The position numbers and the translations under genes were made by a program. The notes under the pieces were generated by a model, which was given only the letters and a program-made list of their open reading frames with translations, searched no databases and was not told where the DNA came from. A DNA stretch of 32,000 nucleotides. It comes from Idiomarina loihiensis L2TR. GTDB lineage: Bacteria; Pseudomonadota; Gammaproteobacteria; Enterobacterales; Alteromonadaceae. Each line of letters starts with the position of its first letter. The stretch's first letter is position 1. The stretch covers positions 2,370,001 through 2,402,000 of the forward strand of contig NC_006512.1 in assembly GCF_000008465.1 (NCBI RefSeq), given 5' to 3'. Shown one piece after another: positions 27,785 through 32,000 of this stretch.

Positions 27785-29479
27785 ATGGCCTCTAACTCGG
27801 TATTCCGACAGCAACTGCGCAAACAGCTGGCGACCCCGTCGACCACTATCGCCATTTGTTTAATGGGTCTTACCGGCGGTATTCTTGCAGCTCTTATGAT
27901 TGCCGGATTCCGTTTGGCGATTGAGCAAGGCGCTTATCTTGTCGGCAATGGTAGCTATTGGCAACAGCCTTTACCAACTACTTACCGCTTTTTACTCCCC
28001 ATTATTGCTGCCGCCATTGTTTATGTTCTGTTTCGGCTATCGGGATCTAAACACGTGCGGATGGGTATCCCCTACGTTATCCATCGTATGAAACAGCATT
28101 ACGGCATGCTGCCCTGGCGCAGTACCGTGAACCAGTTCTTTGGTGGAATAATTGCTCTGGTTGCAGGTTTCAGTGTTGGCCGCGAAGGGCCAGCAGTTCA
28201 TTTAGGCGCCGCTGCAGCTACCTGGCTTGGTTTTCATTTCGACGCCCCAAAAAATGCCATACGAACCCTTGCCGCATGCGGTATCGCCGCCGCTATCGCG
28301 GCCTCTTTTAATACACCGCTGGCGGCTATGGTTCTGGTAATGGAAGTGGTACTGCGGGAATACAAAGTTCACGTTTTTATACCGGTTATGCTGTCAGCGG
28401 TAGCGGGTTCACTTATTACTGAAGAAATTTTCGGAGTCGCCTCAGAGCTGGCCGTACTCTCAGCCCAGGATATTCCGACCACGCAACTGCCGTGGGTGAT
28501 GCTACTGGGTGTTGTACTGGGTTTTGTCGGGGTTTTGTTCAAAAAACTTATGCTGGATGTCATGGAAACCGTACAAGACATGTCATTGCTTACCCGCTTG
28601 CTCTTTGCCGGACTTATTACCGCCATGCTAGCCGTCATCATTCCCAGCAGCTTAGGTCCGGGTCTTACAGCCATTGAGCAGGTGTTGAATCATCAGGGGG
28701 AAATGTCGCTGCTGACCACCTTACTCATAGCAAAGCTTTTTGCCTCGGCTATTGCTTTGGGCATGGGTATACCCGGCGGTTTAATTGGTGCCGTGTTCGG
28801 TATTGGAGCCATTATTGCTGCGGTATTTGTCGGCGCAGTTAACGGCCTGGATATTCAACAGCCACTGTCTTTCGACAGCTTCATTCTGTTGGGAATGGCA
28901 GGCATTTTAGCGGCCTGTATTCACGCACCCATGGCGGCTCTGCTTGCTATTGTCGAGTTGTCTCGCAGTGTGGAAATTATCATTCCCGCTATGTTAGTTA
29001 TTGTGCCTGCTTACTTGATATCCAGTCAGTTACTGAAGTCAAAGTCCATTTTCATCTCCCAGCTAGAGTTGCAGGGTTTACCTTACCAGCTGGCCCCGGT
29101 GCATGTTGCATTACAAAAAACCGGTGTTGAAAACGTTATGGAAACAGACTTCAAATTGCTGCTTGAACCCACTCAGAACGAACTGGTTGACTCACTTGAA
29201 TCTGCGCAGGCGAAAACCGTTATTGTCATGTCAGTCGATGAAGATAATCAGGCACTTTATCGTCTGGTAACTTATGATATAAACGCCGGGGACAGTCCCA
29301 GCCTGAGTTACACTCCTATCAAAGGAGTTCGGGTCACATCGACTCTGGCCGAAGTGTATGATGAAATTGGACCCAAGCGTCGGGGGGCTGTGTACATTTA
29401 TGAGACCGATGATGGCCAGCCCTGTGGCATTGTTACCTGGGAACTTGTTCGTAAAGCCCTACAGAGAGAACTCGCATGA
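27785..29479 (+). CDS. ClC-family anion channel/transporter homologue with divergent selectivity-filter residues and a C-terminal cytoplasmic (CBS-like) domain
   Basis: The 564 aa polytopic membrane protein aligns with E. coli ClC-ec1 through GREGP (aa 132-136, nt 28178-28192), FNTPLAA and IHAPMAAL. GSGIP reads RMGIP (aa 92-96), GIFAP reads GLIGA, and the Tyr445 and Glu203 positions are both Val. A soluble tail of about 125 aa follows the last TM helix. Confidence 0.86.
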   Translation: MASNSVFRQQLRKQLATPSTTIAICLMGLTGGILAALMIAGFRLAIEQGAYLVGNGSYWQQPLPTTYRFLLPIIAAAIVYVLFRLSGSKHVRMGIPYVIHRMKQHYGMLPWRSTVNQFFGGIIALVAGFSVGREGPAVHLGAAAATWLGFHFDAPKNAIRTLAACGIAAAIAASFNTPLAAMVLVMEVVLREYKVHVFIPVMLSAVAGSLITEEIFGVASELAVLSAQDIPTTQLPWVMLLGVVLGFVGVLFKKLMLDVMETVQDMSLLTRLLFAGLITAMLAVIIPSSLGPGLTAIEQVLNHQGEMSLLTTLLIAKLFASAIALGMGIPGGLIGAVFGIGAIIAAVFVGAVNGLDIQQPLSFDSFILLGMAGILAACIHAPMAALLAIVELSRSVEIIIPAMLVIVPAYLISSQLLKSKSIFISQLELQGLPYQLAPVHVALQKTGVENVMETDFKLLLEPTQNELVDSLESAQAKTVIVMSVDEDNQALYRLVTYDINAGDSPSLSYTPIKGVRVTSTLAEVYDEIGPKRRGAVYIYETDDGQPCGIVTWELVRKALQRELA

Positions 29480-29907
29480 CATGGATACTTTGGGTTAAAG
29501 CCCTGCATATTGCTTTTATGGTGGCCTGGTTTGCCGGCATCTTCTACTTACCACGTTTGTTTGTTTATCACGCAATGAACGCCAAGCCTGCCGTGGACGA
29601 GCAACTCTGTATAATGGAAAGGCGTTTACTGTATTTCGTCACCCCCTTTGCCATTCTTACCCTCGTTTTCGGTGTGGTGCTTATTTTTGCCTACGGCTCA
29701 GCGTGGTTTGCTGCCAGTGGCTGGATGCACACTAAACTGGTACTGGTGTTACTACTTTTTGTGTATCACGGTTACTGTTTCAAACTATTGAAAGACTTTA
29801 AAACCGGCACCAACCGCCGCAGCCACCGGTTTTACCGAGTGTTTAACGAGCTCCCGGTACTGGCACTTTTCGCTATTATCATTTTAGCGGTAGTTAAGCC
29901 TTATTAG
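29476..29907 (+). CDS. hemJ: Protoporphyrinogen IX oxidase HemJ
   Basis: The 143 aa product has four predicted TM helices. The characteristic HemJ N-terminus is W.KALHI.F.V.WFAG.FYLPRLFVYH. The ATG overlaps the ClC stop as ATGA. Confidence 0.85.
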   Translation: MTWILWVKALHIAFMVAWFAGIFYLPRLFVYHAMNAKPAVDEQLCIMERRLLYFVTPFAILTLVFGVVLIFAYGSAWFAASGWMHTKLVLVLLLFVYHGYCFKLLKDFKTGTNRRSHRFYRVFNELPVLALFAIIILAVVKPY

Positions 29908-29928
29908 ATTCTCTTGTGCCGCATGATT

Positions 29929-29937
29929 TGCTATAGT
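29929..29937 (+). promoter_or_regulatory. Candidate extended -10 promoter element upstream of pyrB
   Basis: TGcTATAGT lies at 29929-29937, with no convincing -35. It is 40 nt upstream of the pyrB ATG, inside the loop of an inverted repeat. This is a hexamer match only. Confidence 0.3.
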
Positions 29938-29977
29938 GTGCGCCCAGTGACATTCTGCGGCAGAGGCGCACCCAAAG

Positions 29978-30991
29978 ATGAATTTCACCGGCTCCAACAT
30001 TCTTTCTGTAAATCAGTTCAATCGCGACAGCATTGACTACATATTCTCCGTTGCGGACAAGATGCAACCTTACGCCCGACGTAAAACACGCACTCGAGTT
30101 CTTGACGGCGCTATCCTTGGTAATCTTTTCTTCGAACCTTCGACTCGTACCCGGGTAAGCTTCGGCACGGCGTTCAACCTGTTAGGGGGCGAAGTCCGCG
30201 AAACCACCGGCATGGAAAGCTCGGCCATTGCAAAGGGTGAATCGCTGTACGACACCGCTCGCGTATTAAGCAGCTACAGCGACGTTATTGCCATGCGCCA
30301 CCCCAAGTCGGGCTCAGTAAAAGAGTTTGCTGAAGGCAGTCGGGTACCGGTCATTAACGGCGGTGACGGCGCAAACGAGCATCCGACTCAGGCATTGCTG
30401 GACCTTTACACTATCCAGAAAGAACTGGCGTACCATCAGCAGAGCATTGATAACATGCACATTTGCATGATTGGCGACTTGAAGTACGGACGTACAGTAC
30501 ATTCACTGTCCACTTTACTCTCTATGTACAAGAACATTAAGTTCACTTTAATTTCGCCACGTGAACTTTCTATGCCGGGCTCCGTATTAGATACGCTGGA
30601 AAACGCAGGTCACCGTGTCACTGTTACCGAAAAAGTCGACGGTATTGTCGACGCTGATATTGTCTATCAGACTCGAATTCAGCAAGAACGTTTTGCCAGC
30701 CCGGAAGACGCTGATCAGTATCGCGGTAAGTTTCGTTTAAATCAGGACATTTACACTAAACACTACAAACCCAATACGGTCATCATGCATCCTTTGCCGC
30801 GGGATTCGCGCGCCGAAGCTAATGAATTGGATAACGACTTAAACCAAAACCCCAACCTGGCTATTTTCCGTCAGGCTGACAACGGAGTTCTCATTCGTAT
30901 GGCTCTGTTTGCATTAACACTTGGGGTCGTTGATCAGGTTGATAAACACCAATGTGATGTCATCTGGTACAGCGAAAAAAGCCAACAGTAA
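29978..30991 (+). CDS. pyrB: Aspartate carbamoyltransferase catalytic chain (no adjacent pyrI)
   Basis: The motifs FFEPSTRTR.SF, MRHP, HPTQALLD, GDLKYGRTVHSL and HPLPR are present. The product is E. coli PyrB-like, with about 25 extra C-terminal residues. hemL follows after 15 nt, so no regulatory-chain gene is present. Confidence 0.92.
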   Translation: MNFTGSNILSVNQFNRDSIDYIFSVADKMQPYARRKTRTRVLDGAILGNLFFEPSTRTRVSFGTAFNLLGGEVRETTGMESSAIAKGESLYDTARVLSSYSDVIAMRHPKSGSVKEFAEGSRVPVINGGDGANEHPTQALLDLYTIQKELAYHQQSIDNMHICMIGDLKYGRTVHSLSTLLSMYKNIKFTLISPRELSMPGSVLDTLENAGHRVTVTEKVDGIVDADIVYQTRIQQERFASPEDADQYRGKFRLNQDIYTKHYKPNTVIMHPLPRDSRAEANELDNDLNQNPNLAIFRQADNGVLIRMALFALTLGVVDQVDKHQCDVIWYSEKSQQ

Positions 30992-31006
30992 AGAGGTAGT
31001 TACGAC

Positions 31007-32000
31007 ATGAGTCGCTCAGAAGAACTATACACTAAAGCACAAATCAGTATCCCTGGCGGCGTTAACTCGCCGGTTCGGGCTTTTAACGGCGTTGGTGGCA
31101 GCCCCATCTTCTTTGAGAGTGCTGAAGGCGCTTATATGATTGATGCAGACGGCAAACGTTATATCGATTACGTCGGCTCATGGGGCCCAATGATTTTGGG
31201 GCATAACCACCCGGCAGTGTTAGAAGCCACCCTGCAGGCCGCCAAGCGAGGCCTGAGCTTCGGCACACCGACGGAAGTTGAAATCACCATGGCGGAGACT
31301 ATTCGCAAAATAGTCCCTTCTATTGAAAAAGTGCGTATGGTGAATTCCGGTACTGAAGCCACTATGACTGCCATTCGTCTGGCACGCGGCTATACTGGTC
31401 GGGATAAAATTCTGAAGTTTGAAGGTAACTACCACGGTCATGCCGACTCCTTGCTGGTTAAAGCTGGTTCAGGTGCTTTGACTCTGGGCGTTCCTAACTC
31501 TCCCGGCATTCCGGAAGACTTTGCGAAACATACCTTAACCGCAACTTACAACGATATTGAATCGGTGAAACAGATTTTCGCTGAAATGGGCGACGAGATT
31601 GCCTGCATTATTGTTGAGCCGGTAGCCGGTAACATGAACTGTATTCCACCGGTTGACGGTTTTCTGGAAGGCTTACGCAGCATTTGTGACGACCACGGTT
31701 CAGTTCTGATTTTTGACGAAGTTATGACCGGTTTCCGTGTAGCTCCGGGCGGCGCTCAGGATCGCTATAAGATTAAACCAGACCTCACGACTTTAGGTAA
31801 AGTGATTGGCGGTGGCATGCCGGTTGGTGCCTTTGGCGGCAAAAAGGAAGTGATGGACTACATTGCGCCGGTGGGCCCCGTGTATCAGGCAGGAACCTTA
31901 TCTGGTAACCCAGTCGCCATGGCAGCAGGCTTGGCAGCGTTACAGCAGTTATCCACCCCAGGGCTTTACGACCAGCTTTACCAACGCGTTGACACACTGC
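31007..32000 (+). CDS. hemL: Glutamate-1-semialdehyde 2,1-aminomutase HemL (5' partial, continues beyond the window)
   Basis: This gene is not in the supplied ORF track because it has no stop codon in the window. My translation from ATG 31007 gives [69 protein letters not shown]...[33 protein letters not shown]...[12 protein letters not shown]...DEVMTGFRV...[16 protein letters not shown]...[10 protein letters not shown]. It is collinear with E. coli HemL. AGAGG lies 8 nt upstream of the ATG. Confidence 0.94.
   Translation, partial: MSRSEELYTKAQISIPGGVNSPVRAFNGVGGSPIFFESAEGAYMIDADGKRYIDYVGSWGPMILGHNHPAVLEATLQAAKRGLSFGTPTEVEITMAETIRKIVPSIEKVRMVNSGTEATMTAIRLARGYTGRDKILKFEGNYHGHADSLLVKAGSGALTLGVPNSPGIPEDFAKHTLTATYNDIESVKQIFAEMGDEIACIIVEPVAGNMNCIPPVDGFLEGLRSICDDHGSVLIFDEVMTGFRVAPGGAQDRYKIKPDLTTLGKVIGGGMPVGAFGGKKEVMDYIAPVGPVYQAGTLSGNPVAMAAGLAALQQLSTPGLYDQLYQRVDTL

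Noticed and set aside
29908-29977. An E. coli pyrBI-style leader-peptide attenuator, or a PyrR-binding loop (UCCAGAGAGGCU-like), upstream of pyrB.
   Set aside because: No leader ORF or U-rich pause-plus-terminator segment is present. GCAGAGGCGC only partially resembles the PyrR box, and no pyrR gene is in the window.
1-32000. A window-wide look for CRISPR arrays, tRNA or rRNA genes, IS elements or inverted terminal repeats, integrases, phage genes, and long tandem or interspersed repeats.
   Set aside because: None was seen. Intergenic spacers are all about 210 nt or shorter and are accounted for by promoters or terminators. This was a visual inspection only, so short dispersed repeats could have been missed without a computational self-comparison.

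Overview
This window is mostly a syntenic housekeeping segment of a gammaproteobacterial chromosome. Gene order and protein sequences look Alteromonadales- or Pseudomonas-like, but that taxon call is inference. About 30 tightly packed CDSs tile almost the whole window. In order they are: rsmE-gshB-yqgE-ruvX; a two-gene cassette of unknown function; a convergent PIN-PhoH ATPase; rapA-rluA; a secreted DUF3530-like protein; djlA-murU-amgK (minus strand) divergent from lptD-surA-pdxA-rsmA-apaG-apaH; an orphan chemoreceptor; tyrS; mepM-like-anmK; pepQ; erpA; a membrane-anchored coiled-coil protein; a divergent ClC homologue coupled to hemJ; an orphan pyrB; and the 5' part of hemL. hemL runs off the window end and is missing from the supplied ORF track. 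I saw no rRNA or tRNA genes, CRISPR arrays, IS elements or transposases, integrases, prophage genes, or recognisable defence or toxin-antitoxin cassettes, so I do not claim a clear novel system. The candidates for undescribed biology are modest. (1) The ruvX-downstream pair at 2904-4175: a small cytoplasmic protein plus a secreted protein with a Cys-His-Asp, transglutaminase- or papain-like C-terminal region. (2) A ClC homologue that keeps GREGP but lacks the canonical Ser/Tyr/inner-Glu residues and overlaps hemJ by ATGA. (3) A compact erpA terminator whose 3' arm is the pepQ Shine-Dalgarno. (4) Pseudoknot-type inverted repeats over the ribosome-binding region of a pyrI-less pyrB. Several ORF-track starts were corrected by N-terminal comparison with remembered E. 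coli or Pseudomonas orthologues: rsmE, ruvX, rapA, surA, tyrS and mepM. All homology statements rest on my recall of these families, not on database searches.
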